Positions 29,924 to 38,901 of a stretch of 64,000 nt of DNA are shown here, one piece after another. Origin of the DNA: Candidatus Terrybacteria bacterium RIFCSPHIGHO2_01_FULL_43_35 (GTDB lineage Bacteria; Patescibacteriota; Minisyncoccia; Terrybacterales; GWB1-40-14); the NCBI GenBank assembly GCA_001822815.1, contig MHSR01000013.1, positions 149,093 to 213,092 of the forward strand, given 5' to 3'. The notes under the pieces are model-generated. The model was not told where the DNA came from, ran no database searches, and worked only from the letters and a program-made list of their open reading frames with translations. Numbering within the stretch: position 1 is the first letter of the stretch; the number at the start of each line of letters is the position of its first letter. Position numbers and translations under genes: made by a program.

Positions 29924-30511
29924 ATGTTGGGCGACAAACTCATAAATTTAACATCTATCGAAGCTCAAAATGGCATCCGTTTTGAATTGCTGACCCGTCT
30001 TGTTATTCGAGTGGGTATTGTTATAATTGCCATTTTGTCTGTTTTAATAATCTTCATGCTTACCAGTTTGATTTATATTACTACTTTGAAGGGCGGGGTT
30101 AGTGAGAACACAAAAACCTGGCGTATTTTAGGGCAGACAACCGAAAGTGATGAAGTCAAACAAAAAGTTAAAGCATCTGCAGATTTTATACGTTATGTGT
30201 CAAAGCTGTCCACCGACCCATTTAAGTGGAGTAGTACAATACGAGACGTAGTGGTTTCCCTGCCGCCAACCGTTTATTTAACCGCAATATCCGGCTCACA
30301 AGCGCAAAGGAATATAGTTATTAGCGGTTTTGCTCCGACCAGAGATGATGTTTTGCAATTGGAAGATATGCTTAAAAAACTTCCGTTTATAAGTCTGGTC
30401 GATTCACCCGATTCCAACGTTATCGCAGAAAAAAATATCACATTCCAATTCACTTTGATCCTGAATAATATACGGCAACAAGAAGAAAAAACCGATAAAA
30501 AAAGCAAGTAA
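29924..30511 (+). CDS. pilN: Type IV pilus assembly protein PilN-like
   Basis: INL motif, single TM, ISGFAPTRDDV; follows pilM. Confidence 0.75.
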   Translation: MLGDKLINLTSIEAQNGIRFELLTRLVIRVGIVIIAILSVLIIFMLTSLIYITTLKGGVSENTKTWRILGQTTESDEVKQKVKASADFIRYVSKLSTDPFKWSSTIRDVVVSLPPTVYLTAISGSQAQRNIVISGFAPTRDDVLQLEDMLKKLPFISLVDSPDSNVIAEKNITFQFTLILNNIRQQEEKTDKKSK

Positions 30512-30525
30512 TACCATCGTTTTGT

Positions 30526-31077
30526 ATGAATAAATACCGTTCGCCAAAACAAAAATTCACGATCGCTCTTGTCGTTTGCGGCACGCTTGTAGTTGCAGTT
30601 GTAGGTTTAATAATTGCACCGTTGTTTATACAAGTTGTCTCCAATTCTGCAAAATTGAAGGCTGGCATGCTGGAACAGGTTAATGAGCAGGCGAAATTTG
30701 TCGCAGCGCAGGAAACTACGCAAGACTTATTGAAAATCAGCCCCCAAATAGATAAAATCGAGACATTTTTTCTGGCAGACGATTTGCGTGATTTAAGTAA
30801 TACTCTGAATGCTATAGAAAACCTGGCGCAGATCTACAATATAGATCTTAAGAAACAGCCGACTGGAGCCACCAAAGAAAGCAAGGGTTTTTCTTTGGTA
30901 GTTCGTGGTACCTTCCCAAACATCATGAATTTTATTATGCGGCTTGAACAATTCCCGAAGTTTAGCAAAATAGAGGGTTTTAGTTTGGCCACACAGCGCG
31001 TTGCCGAAGGCAGCAACATTACGCAAGAGCTGTCAGGCAGCATATCATTCGTTATTTATTTATCGCCAAATAACTAA
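30526..31077 (+). CDS. pilO: Type IV pilus assembly protein PilO-like
   Basis: Single TM, GTFPNIMNFIMRLE; follows pilN. Confidence 0.75.
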   Translation: MNKYRSPKQKFTIALVVCGTLVVAVVGLIIAPLFIQVVSNSAKLKAGMLEQVNEQAKFVAAQETTQDLLKISPQIDKIETFFLADDLRDLSNTLNAIENLAQIYNIDLKKQPTGATKESKGFSLVVRGTFPNIMNFIMRLEQFPKFSKIEGFSLATQRVAEGSNITQELSGSISFVIYLSPNN

Positions 31078-31083
31078 ACCGCA

Positions 31084-31395
31084 ATGTATCAAATAAAACT
31101 GCCAAGAAAAATATCTTTGCCGCGCGAACGCTTAGTTGGAATTTTTGTTAACCATATAGGTGAATTTTTCATACTTCTATTATTTATTGTTTTCGCAGCG
31201 GGCGGTTATATTTTTTGGAAATACGCCTGGATAGTATCTAATTTTCAACCTAAGCCCCAGATCCTTTCCAGCGCGATACCCCAAAAAAGCCTTGATGAAA
31301 TCCTGCAACATATAGAGCAAAGAGAAAAAGATTTCAAATCTCTGTTACCAGCTTTAAGCATACGAGATCCTTTCCAAGAAACAGTCCCGCATTAA
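31084..31395 (+). CDS. Small single-TM protein with RDPF motif (PilP-position protein)
   Basis: TM plus C-terminal IRDPF, after pilO. Confidence 0.6.
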   Translation: MYQIKLPRKISLPRERLVGIFVNHIGEFFILLLFIVFAAGGYIFWKYAWIVSNFQPKPQILSSAIPQKSLDEILQHIEQREKDFKSLLPALSIRDPFQETVPH

Positions 31396-31416
31396 TATTT
31401 TATAAAATTCCAATAT

Positions 31417-31950
31417 ATGAGCACAAATTTTTTTGATTATCCGACTATTGTTTCGTGGATCAAAAGCGAAGGGCCGGTTATAATTGCAACGATTATAAGT
31501 CTATTTTTAGGTTATAAATTTACTGTAGTTGTTTTTTCTCGTCTGGTGCACGTGATCACGAAAACTATGAGCGAGGGAACGCGTCAGAAAACCGAAACTA
31601 TTTTTACGCACATTTTTGTAAATTTAAGTCGAGTAGGATTTTTTATCTTGACCGCAATTTATTTGTTGTCCAAGGCGGGTATAGATATAGGTCCTATCGC
31701 CGCTGGCTTGGGCATAGGCGGCTTGGCTCTGGGTTTTGCGGCACAGATACTTGTGCGCGATATAATTTCTGGCATGGTCTTGCTTGGCGAAAACCGGTTT
31801 AAAAAAGGAGACAAAATTTCTCTTCCTGGGTTGGTAGAGGGGATAGTTGAGGATTTTGATTTGCGCGGCGTCACCCTAAAAAGCGAAGCTGGGGAGCGAC
31901 ATTTCGTGCCATTTGGCGAAATAAGGACTATTACGAAAATTAAAAATTAA
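31417..31950 (+). CDS. mscS: Small-conductance mechanosensitive channel, minimal form
   Basis: AGLGIGGLALGFAAQILVRDIISG...FKKGDKI...VPFGEI. Confidence 0.9.
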   Translation: MSTNFFDYPTIVSWIKSEGPVIIATIISLFLGYKFTVVVFSRLVHVITKTMSEGTRQKTETIFTHIFVNLSRVGFFILTAIYLLSKAGIDIGPIAAGLGIGGLALGFAAQILVRDIISGMVLLGENRFKKGDKISLPGLVEGIVEDFDLRGVTLKSEAGERHFVPFGEIRTITKIKN

Positions 31951-32060
31951 AAAGTAAAAAGTCAAAGCTCAAAAGTATTGAAATTCGCTCCGACGATATC
32001 GGAGCGAATAACCAAAATTTTACATTTTTAGCCTTTCATTTTACATTTAGTTTGTGCTTT
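31936..32060. repeat. Inverted heptamer-periodic repeat element with central palindrome
   Basis: aaaagta aaaagtc aaagctc ... ttcgctccga-cgata-tcggagcgaa ... ttttaca tttttag. Confidence 0.65.
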
Positions 32061-32132
32061 GCCCCTATAGCTCAACGGATAGAGCAGCGCTCTTCTAAGG
32101 CGTTGATCCGGGTTCGATTCCTGGTAGGGGCG
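32061..32132 (+). tRNA. tRNA-Arg(TCT)
   Basis: gccccta/taggggc acceptor stem, ctTCTaa loop, ggttcgattcc T arm. Confidence 0.95.
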
Positions 32133-32159
32133 CATTTGTTAATTTAAAAATTGTATATT

Positions 32160-32501
32160 ATGAACGAAAAACCTTTTAAGCCTTTTAGTACAGAGGCGGG
32201 TTCGGAAAATCCTATTGATAAAGAAACGGCTATTATTTTGGCAAAGCTAGCAGGGGAGCGGATTGATGAAGAAACGCTTAGTCTAATACGCAATCGTTTG
32301 GCAACGCGCTTGGAAGATGCCTGGACGAAGCCCGGCGACTTGTATTCGCCTCGTCCAGATATTTTGGATAAATTACGGTTAGGCCAGAAAATTAAAATGG
32401 ATCGCGAAATTCAACTTTTTATTGCACAGCTTCTGCAGGATTACCGCCTTACTCCAGATGAGCGCGATCTGGTAAAGGGAAAAATTCTGGAAGTAGAATA
32501 G
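32160..32501 (+). CDS. Hypothetical protein
   Basis: Open ORF directly after tRNA; no recognised motif. Confidence 0.6.
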   Translation: MNEKPFKPFSTEAGSENPIDKETAIILAKLAGERIDEETLSLIRNRLATRLEDAWTKPGDLYSPRPDILDKLRLGQKIKMDREIQLFIAQLLQDYRLTPDERDLVKGKILEVE

Positions 32502-32513
32502 TCCACTTAAATC

Positions 32514-32692
32514 ATGATTAGAAAAATAAAAAGTAAATACGTAGTTTTGAGCGAAACCACTGGGCGTCAATTCGGAGCTTACAATACCCTTAGCGAGGCA
32601 AAAAAGCGCTTGGCGCAGATAGAATTTTTAAACATATGAAATCTTCGCCCAAGCTGCGCGCCAAATTGCGCAAAAGAAGTTTAGCCAAATAA
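32514..32692 (+). CDS. Small basic protein missed by the ORF track, with a probable frameshift near 32628
   Basis: MIRKIKSKYVVLSETTGRQFGAYNTLSEAKKRLAQIEF, then -1 frame KHMKSSPKLRAKLRKRSLAK* ending 3 nt before arfB. Confidence 0.6.
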
Positions 32693-32695
32693 TTT

Positions 32696-33139
32696 ATGGA
32701 AAAAGAACGGTTTATGCCACAAGAAACAGCGCCGCCGGATGATAAAACTCCTGCGCAAAATATAACATTTGAATCTAGTCATTCATCTGGTCCTGGAGGC
32801 CAGAATGTCAATAAGCGTGAAACCAAAGTGCGAGCGCGCTGGAATTTTGAAAATGATCCCGCGCTCACCGAAGATCAGAAGCAACGGATACGCAGCGCTT
32901 ACCCAGGTAGAGTGACCGAAGCCGGTGAGCTTATCGTTGAGTCGCAATCGGAACGGAGCCGCGACGCCAACCAGCGCAAAGCTGCAGCTCGTTTACTCGA
33001 TTTAATCGCCAGAGCATTAGAAGTTGCTCCGGAACGGCAAGAAACAAAAGTTCCGTTTTCCGCAAAGCGAGCTCGTTTAGAGGAAAAGCATCATACTGCA
33101 GCAAAGAAAGAGTTGCGCAAGAAGGTTGACGAGTGGTAG
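32696..33139 (+). CDS. arfB: Alternative ribosome rescue factor ArfB
   Basis: SSGPGGQNVNK, SQSERS..ANQ, basic C-terminal tail. Confidence 0.93.
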   Translation: MEKERFMPQETAPPDDKTPAQNITFESSHSSGPGGQNVNKRETKVRARWNFENDPALTEDQKQRIRSAYPGRVTEAGELIVESQSERSRDANQRKAAARLLDLIARALEVAPERQETKVPFSAKRARLEEKHHTAAKKELRKKVDEW

Positions 33140-33170
33140 AATTTTTAAATTGAATTTAAGGCGGCAGGGG

Positions 33171-33242
33171 GGTGCCTATAGTTTAATGGTAAAACTCCGC
33201 TCTGTGGCAGCGGTGACAAGGGTCCGATTCCCTTTAGGCACC
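33171..33242 (+). tRNA. tRNA-His(GTG)
   Basis: G-1 plus gtgccta/taggcac, ccgct-ctGTGgc-agcgg; atypical T loop tccgatt. Confidence 0.92.
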
Positions 33243-33329
33243 CCTCTGCCGCTTTTTCATTGCAAAAGGAAATCGAAACAAAGAGAATTTTATGGCATAA
33301 TGGAACCATGGGATTTAAATCTTCATTTT

Positions 33330-34070
33330 GTGAACAATAAAAATCTTTTAATAATTGGTCTCGTTGTTCTTGTCGGAGCAGGATTTGTTATTGGCGCTTT
33401 GTGGTTGTTGGGTAAAAAAACATCGACCGCAACGCTTCCGCCGCCAGCGGCAGAGCGTGAAGCACCCGCTCCAGAACAAACATCTGAAGCAGGTAACGTT
33501 GAAGATTCAGCCCAAACTCCGGTAGAAGTTGCATCTACGCAGTTGCCGCCAGCCACCGCGCCAGCCCCAGTACCTCCTCCGGCAACAGTTCCTCCGCCCC
33601 CAACCCCGCCACTACAGGCGCCAATGGTAATATCCAGCTCCGCGTTTGGACAAAACCAAAATATTCCTGCTCAATACACGTGTGATAGTCAAGACATCAA
33701 CCCGCCTTTAAGCATGGGGAATGCACCTGCAGAAACTCAAAGTTTAGCCCTCATTATGGATGATCTGGACGGGCCGGGTGGTACTACAACGCACTGGTTA
33801 TTGTGGAACATTAACTCTGCGGTTTTAAGTATTTCTGCAAATAGTGTCCCGGCCGGCGCGCAACAAGGAACTAATTATGACGGTAAAGTAAAATATGCGG
33901 GTCCTTGTCCTCCACTAGATGATCCCAAGCACCGCTATATATTTAAGTTATATGCGCTTGATATAAGCTTGTCGCTTCAATCCGGAGCTTCTAAAAGTGC
34001 GCTAGAGGGGGCCATGAACGGACATATCTTGGCACAGGCGCAACTCACCGGTCTTTATGGTTATCATTAA
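33330..34070 (+). CDS. YbhB/YbcL (PEBP-like) protein with N-terminal TM and Pro-rich stalk
   Basis: SSAF..IPAQYTCD..NPPL, HWLLWNI, GPCPP, HRYIFKLYALD; start approximate (GTG 33330 or ATG 33300). Confidence 0.88.
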   Translation: MNNKNLLIIGLVVLVGAGFVIGALWLLGKKTSTATLPPPAAEREAPAPEQTSEAGNVEDSAQTPVEVASTQLPPATAPAPVPPPATVPPPPTPPLQAPMVISSSAFGQNQNIPAQYTCDSQDINPPLSMGNAPAETQSLALIMDDLDGPGGTTTHWLLWNINSAVLSISANSVPAGAQQGTNYDGKVKYAGPCPPLDDPKHRYIFKLYALDISLSLQSGASKSALEGAMNGHILAQAQLTGLYGYH

Positions 34071-34198
34071 TAGCTGACTGTTCCTGACCCACCTATGCCG
34101 CTTTTTATTTTGGTATTAAACTCGATGAAACCACTCTTGCCCTTGAGGCGGACGCTATTATATACTTAAAAGCAGTTCTTAAAAATAAGGAGAGTTTA

Positions 34199-34546
34199 AT
34201 GGAAGCTTCAAAAGCGCTTGGTGATGTTGTTGTAAAAAAACATGCAGATATTTCAGACACGGGCGCCCCGATTTATGCCAAAAATGCCGACAGACACTAT
34301 AAAGTCATTCAGCTTCAAGACGGCGGTCTGATTATTGAGATAACCCAAAGCCGCCCAAGCGGCTGGCAAAAGAAGGTGAGTTATGAATATGGTTCATGTC
34401 CTGGTGAAGGATGTTGGCATGGACGAGTATATGTTAAAAACACGCGCGGAATGGTGAGAGCAGAACCGTTTATTCCTACTAAAGCGCAATTGAAATGGCT
34501 TATACGACTTATTCTAAATCTTGCCTGGAGCACGCAAAAGAACTAA
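34199..34546 (+). CDS. Hypothetical protein
   Basis: SD aaggag, own promoter and terminator (34555-34580). Confidence 0.65.
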   Translation: MEASKALGDVVVKKHADISDTGAPIYAKNADRHYKVIQLQDGGLIIEITQSRPSGWQKKVSYEYGSCPGEGCWHGRVYVKNTRGMVRAEPFIPTKAQLKWLIRLILNLAWSTQKN

Positions 34547-34649
34547 TTTTATAGCCGTCTTTGAAACCAAAGACGGTTTTTGATTGTAATACTAAGAAAT
34601 ACATGAAGATACAAAAAGATTTGTGCTAAAATGTTGTGGTATATGATTA

Positions 34650-34880
34650 TAATAGCCGCAAACGCCGGCACACCGTACATTTTTTATCGAGAGACCGAGA
34701 CACGTTGGTTCCCAACGCTTTCCGAAAGTAGTTCGAAACCGAAATCCCTTGCCACAAACTGTGATCGGGCCGGGTAGCGCTCACGTGCGACCGGTATGCG
34801 TTGACGACCGTAAGTAAGACTACCGGTTGAGCGCCGTATTCAAGACAAAAACTTCCCGCAATGGTGAGTTTTTGTTTGTG
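34650..34880 (+). ncRNA. Candidate structured non-coding RNA of unknown class
   Basis: GC-rich intergenic region with several helices (gcgctca/tgagcgc, accggta/taccggt, cgttgg/ccaacg) and a terminal U-rich hairpin; strand inferred. Confidence 0.5.
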
Positions 34881-34922
34881 GTGCGAAAGAGGGATTTGAA
34901 GTAGCCATGTTATAATCACTTC

Positions 34923-35492
34923 ATGGATATGGTTCAGTATAAAAAGAAACTTCAACGCGACGTTTTCATTTTGTTATTGAGCGTTGTCGTTGCAGTGTTG
35001 CTTGTTGTTAGTGGAAGCATCCATTCTATTTCCGACAACCTGGGCGAATGGGGGCTCATCGGCGTTTTTCTGGCCGGTATGGGGTTCTCTTCCGCCTTCT
35101 TCGCCGCACCCGCAACCATCTTCATCTTCGCGTTTGCGCAGAACCCTTTCCCCTTTTGGCTTGTTGCGATTGTGGCAGCAATTGGTGCGATGCTGGGGGA
35201 TTTGCTTATTTTTCGCTTCCTGCGCGATGGTCTAGCCGACGACTTTCGTTATCTTGTTGAGCAAGCCGGCAAAAACGAACGAATGCGGCACATTTTTCGT
35301 TCGCAGCTCTTCTATTGGTTCGGCTCGTTCATTGCCGCCCTGGTGATCGCCTCTCCCTTGCCGGATGAGATTGGTCTTGCTATGTTCGGCGTTCTTCGTT
35401 TCGATACGAAACGCTTCTTGCCGATCTCGTTCGCTCTTAATTTCTTGGGTATTCTCGTCATCACGCTTCTCGCACAAATTCCAGGTAATTAG
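34923..35492 (+). CDS. Membrane protein, DedA/SNARE-associated-like
   Basis: GAMLGDLLIFRF, SPLPDEIG; multiple TMs. Confidence 0.7.
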   Translation: MDMVQYKKKLQRDVFILLLSVVVAVLLVVSGSIHSISDNLGEWGLIGVFLAGMGFSSAFFAAPATIFIFAFAQNPFPFWLVAIVAAIGAMLGDLLIFRFLRDGLADDFRYLVEQAGKNERMRHIFRSQLFYWFGSFIAALVIASPLPDEIGLAMFGVLRFDTKRFLPISFALNFLGILVITLLAQIPGN

Positions 35493-35501
35493 TCCAGAAA
35501 T

Positions 35502-36773
35502 ATGGTCGTTTCTTTGGCGGTGCTTATTTTTGTGCTCGGGTACCTCGTCATTTCATTGGCGTATTTCTTACGTGTTGATAAATCAGCAGTCGCCCTTCTT
35601 ATCGGGGGCGTTCTCTGGGTTCTCATAGCCGCTACGTTGCCGCACGATGCGATCGGCAGTGCGCTTGCCGAGGCTGGGAGCGATATTTTCTCAATTATCG
35701 TGTTTCTTTTGGGAGCAATGACGCTTGTTGAAATCCTCACGCATTATCGCATTTTTGATCTGATTCGGGTTCGTCTGTTCGCGCTTCACGTTTCCGATCG
35801 TGCGCAGTTTTGGATCATTGGGATTTTAACATTCTGTCTAAGCCCTATACTTGATAATCTGACAACAACTATTGTGATGGCGCAGGTTGCTCAGAGGTTC
35901 TTTCGCGGACAGAATCTCCTCCTTGCCATTGCCGCAATAGTGGTAAGCGCAAATGCCGGTGGCGCCTTTTCGCCGATCGGCGACGTCACCACACTCATGT
36001 TGTGGTTGGCAGGAAAATTCTCTGCCCTGGAAGTCATTTCGCAGCTTTTCTTTCCCTCACTCTTCCTTTTTCTTGTAAGCAATTGGTTGCTCGCGCGACG
36101 TCTTCAGGCAGACACACAGGATGTTGAGGAAGAAACGCAGGTATCGTTTTCTCTTTCTGAAAAAATCATCTGTGGGTTTGTCTTTCTAGCCTTTACCATG
36201 CCGTTTTTCTTCAGCCAGCTCGGGTTGCCCCCGTATCTTGGGATCATTACAGGGCTTGCATTCGTCTGGTTCGTTGGTGATGTGTTTAAAATCGTCGTAC
36301 CGCAGCCAAGCCATCTATCCGTAGATATCAATCGTTTCCTGCAGAAAACCGATATCGCGACGCTCAAATTTTTCATTGGTATTTTGCTTGCGGTCAGTGC
36401 GTTAGCGCACCTGGGCATTCTTGCGCATGCTTCTGAGGCCATGTTTGGCAATGCTCCAACCGAAGGTAGGTTGATCGCGGGAAGCGTAGTTTTGGGCATA
36501 CTCTCTGCGGTCGTGGATAACGTACCACTTACGGCCGCGGCAATCGATATCTTACATACTACGAACTCTGCCATTTGGAGTCTTTTAGCGCTTGCGGTTG
36601 GGACCGGCGGGTCGCTGTTGATCATTGGCTCTGCTGCGGGCATTGTGGCAATGGGTACGGCTCAAGAAATGACCTTTTTTCGCTATTTGCGTATCGCCAC
36701 CGTGCCAGCGTTCATAGGATACGTTGCGGCTATCGTCACCTGGTTTATCCAGTTTAGATTATTTTTTGCTTAG
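35502..36773 (+). CDS. nhaD: Na+/H+ antiporter NhaD-like (IT superfamily)
   Basis: FLLGAMTLVE, LDNLTTTIV, ANAGGAFSPIGDVTT, VDNVPL, GTGGSLLIIGSAAG. Confidence 0.88.
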   Translation: MVVSLAVLIFVLGYLVISLAYFLRVDKSAVALLIGGVLWVLIAATLPHDAIGSALAEAGSDIFSIIVFLLGAMTLVEILTHYRIFDLIRVRLFALHVSDRAQFWIIGILTFCLSPILDNLTTTIVMAQVAQRFFRGQNLLLAIAAIVVSANAGGAFSPIGDVTTLMLWLAGKFSALEVISQLFFPSLFLFLVSNWLLARRLQADTQDVEEETQVSFSLSEKIICGFVFLAFTMPFFFSQLGLPPYLGIITGLAFVWFVGDVFKIVVPQPSHLSVDINRFLQKTDIATLKFFIGILLAVSALAHLGILAHASEAMFGNAPTEGRLIAGSVVLGILSAVVDNVPLTAAAIDILHTTNSAIWSLLALAVGTGGSLLIIGSAAGIVAMGTAQEMTFFRYLRIATVPAFIGYVAAIVTWFIQFRLFFA

Positions 36774-36867
36774 TTAATTGGTTTGGTAATGCGGAAACAG
36801 GTCTCGAGGATCTGGTCCTTCGCACCGCGTGATTTATTATCAAAAAAGTATTATACTGGCTAATATT

Positions 36868-37128
36868 ATGACTTTTCTCAATCCAATTCTGTTGAGCAGG
36901 ATAATATACTTATTGGGTTTATCTAATCTAATCGGCCTATTTCTGGTATTCTTCTCCTGCCGATGTCTCCCTGGCATGCGCTGGCTGAGACCATTGTGGC
37001 AAACAAGGTGGTATCAGAAATTTTATCGCCTACACTGCTGGTACTGGTATTTTTTCTTCATTTCGGTTTTCTTGCACGCCATTCTCGCCATTTACTTTTA
37101 TGGCAATCCGTTTTTGAGCACCAACTAA
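36868..37128 (+). CDS. Small 2-TM protein with His in TM segments
   Basis: FSCRC, FYRLHCWYW..SVFLHAI. Confidence 0.7.
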   Translation: MTFLNPILLSRIIYLLGLSNLIGLFLVFFSCRCLPGMRWLRPLWQTRWYQKFYRLHCWYWYFFFISVFLHAILAIYFYGNPFLSTN

Positions 37129-37140
37129 TTAAAAAATACC

Positions 37141-37419
37141 ATGGGCCTATTTAACAATCCGCCGCAAGGCGTAACTAAAGAAGAATTCCGGCGCATCATG
37201 AATGGAACACACAATCTTCCACAAGAAGCCAGAAAACGCCTAGAAGATTTGGGCGAGGCTTATTTTACGCGTCAGGGTATTTATAATCGCATAAGAAAAG
37301 AAGATTTTGAACAATTTATGAAAGGGGCTAAAGATATGCTACCGCCTGGTTATCACGATAAGATGAAAGAGATGGGCGCCAAACTTCAAGCGGCCTTGCG
37401 GGGGCATTACGGCTCTTAA
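37141..37419 (+). CDS. Hypothetical protein
   Basis: Co-oriented ORF 12 nt after the previous gene. Confidence 0.6.
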   Translation: MGLFNNPPQGVTKEEFRRIMNGTHNLPQEARKRLEDLGEAYFTRQGIYNRIRKEDFEQFMKGAKDMLPPGYHDKMKEMGAKLQAALRGHYGS

Positions 37420-37481
37420 CTTTATTAACAAAAAGCGCAAGGAAATAAGATTTGTTATAAAATGTAATGTAGGATCAATAG

Positions 37482-37510
37482 AAATCCCGACTTTGTTGAG
37501 TCGGGATTTT
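37482..37510. terminator. Bidirectional intrinsic terminator
   Basis: aaatcccgact-ttgttg-agtcgggatttt. Confidence 0.8.
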
Positions 37511-37512
37511 GT

Positions 37513-38406
37513 TTATAGCTTCCAGATATACCATAGACCTGGGGCAGTAAGAGTTTTTACAGCTTCATCCAAGTCTTCTAGGAGCGAAGCGTTAGCTCGC
37601 ATGCCACCCAAGAAGTTTTCAAGAAAAGATTGTTTCGATGCCAATTGGACAAAAGAGATCTGATCTTTTGTCAGGCCCGAGTTTTTGGTCTTGGCATATT
37701 CAATCATGGCGTCACGGGCAGTATCAAAAGAGCCGATCTGGTCCACTAAACCAAGTTGCCTTGCGTGTTCGGCGCTGAAAACTTTTCCGGTTGTGATTTC
37801 GGGCCAAGATGCTTCGGTGATGGCAGTGCGGCGGCTGGATACGATTGTGACGAATCTTTTCATGGCCGGCTCAATGATTTCATTGAGCAGGTATTTGCGA
37901 TCTTCATCCGTTAATGGGCGGTACATGGATGTAGTATCTTTGAGCGATCCAGTGGTGAGCGATTCCATCTTAACGCCTAATTTCGCAAGAGCTTCGGAAA
38001 CATCCATTCGCTGAAGAATGACGCCCACGGATCCAACGATAGCTGATTTTGCGGCAACAATGTTGTCTGCGCCTACAGCCGCCATGTAGGAGCCAGATGC
38101 TCCCAAGTTCTCTATATAGGCAACAACGGGCATTTTCTGGCGTATACGGCTGATTTCGTTGAAGATATCTTCGCTGGCGCTTGCCATGCCGCCTGGTGAA
38201 TTAATGCGGAGAAGTACGCCACAGGCAAGAGGATCATGTCGTATACGCTTTCCTAATACCTCAAAATGCCGCGCGCTCGTTTGGCGCGCGCCTCCTCGGA
38301 GCGGGCTTGGAGCGGCACCTTCATCCACAATGACGCCTTTAATGGGAACGATAAAGACCTTGTGCGGACCGTGGCCGCCAACCATAACTTCTATAAGCTG
38401 CGACAT
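37513..38406 (-). CDS. sppA: Signal peptide peptidase SppA (S49), 36K type
   Basis: LRINSPGG, GASGSY, IVGSVGV, KD, GLVDQIG. Confidence 0.92.
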   Translation of the reverse strand: MSQLIEVMVGGHGPHKVFIVPIKGVIVDEGAAPSPLRGGARQTSARHFEVLGKRIRHDPLACGVLLRINSPGGMASASEDIFNEISRIRQKMPVVAYIENLGASGSYMAAVGADNIVAAKSAIVGSVGVILQRMDVSEALAKLGVKMESLTTGSLKDTTSMYRPLTDEDRKYLLNEIIEPAMKRFVTIVSSRRTAITEASWPEITTGKVFSAEHARQLGLVDQIGSFDTARDAMIEYAKTKNSGLTKDQISFVQLASKQSFLENFLGGMRANASLLEDLDEAVKTLTAPGLWYIWKL

Positions 38407-38550
38407 TTATTCTCCTTTTTAGCCTTTTTCAAAATTCATTTGGTATTAGTTTACCGCAAATATGGCCAGTAAAGCAAGATTGCCCTCACGGATAGAGACC
38501 GTTTGCGGCAAAAGGTTGCTTAAAAAGTCGCGTTTCGGCATAATAAAATA

Positions 38551-38900
38551 ATGCAATTATTTAAGGGTTACACTCGACTTCAAAAACTTGAAAAAGATTT
38601 ATTTCTTTTGTTTGTCGGAGTTGTTTTTGCCGTAGTTTTAATCGCCAGCGGCTTTATAAACCAGTTGGCAGTAATTCTTAACGGATGGGGCCTGATAGGC
38701 GTTTTTATTACGGGGATTGGTTTTTCTACTGGTTAAGTTCTTTTCTAGCCGCCGCGATAATAGCCTCGCCCCTTCCAGACGAATTGGGGCTTATGATTCT
38801 TGGGTTTATCCATTTCAACACCAAAAAATTCTTGCCCATTGCCTTTGTTCTTAATTTTTTAGGCATATTGGCGATAACCTTATTTGCACAAATTAAATAA
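38551..38900 (+). pseudogene. Internally deleted, frameshifted paralog of 34923-35492
   Basis: N-part (WGLIGVFITGIGFS) and C-part (FYWLSSFLAAAIIASPLPDELG) in different frames; middle absent. Confidence 0.8.
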
Positions 38901-38901
38901 C

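Noticed and set aside
33126-33329. 5' extension of the YbhB ORF
   Set aside because: It runs through tRNA-His; the real start is downstream
34684-34720. SAM-I riboswitch suggested by ttatcgagag
   Set aside because: Lacks the GAGGGAxxGGCCC kink-turn/pseudoknot and closing AGAUGA elements; downstream genes are unrelated to methionine
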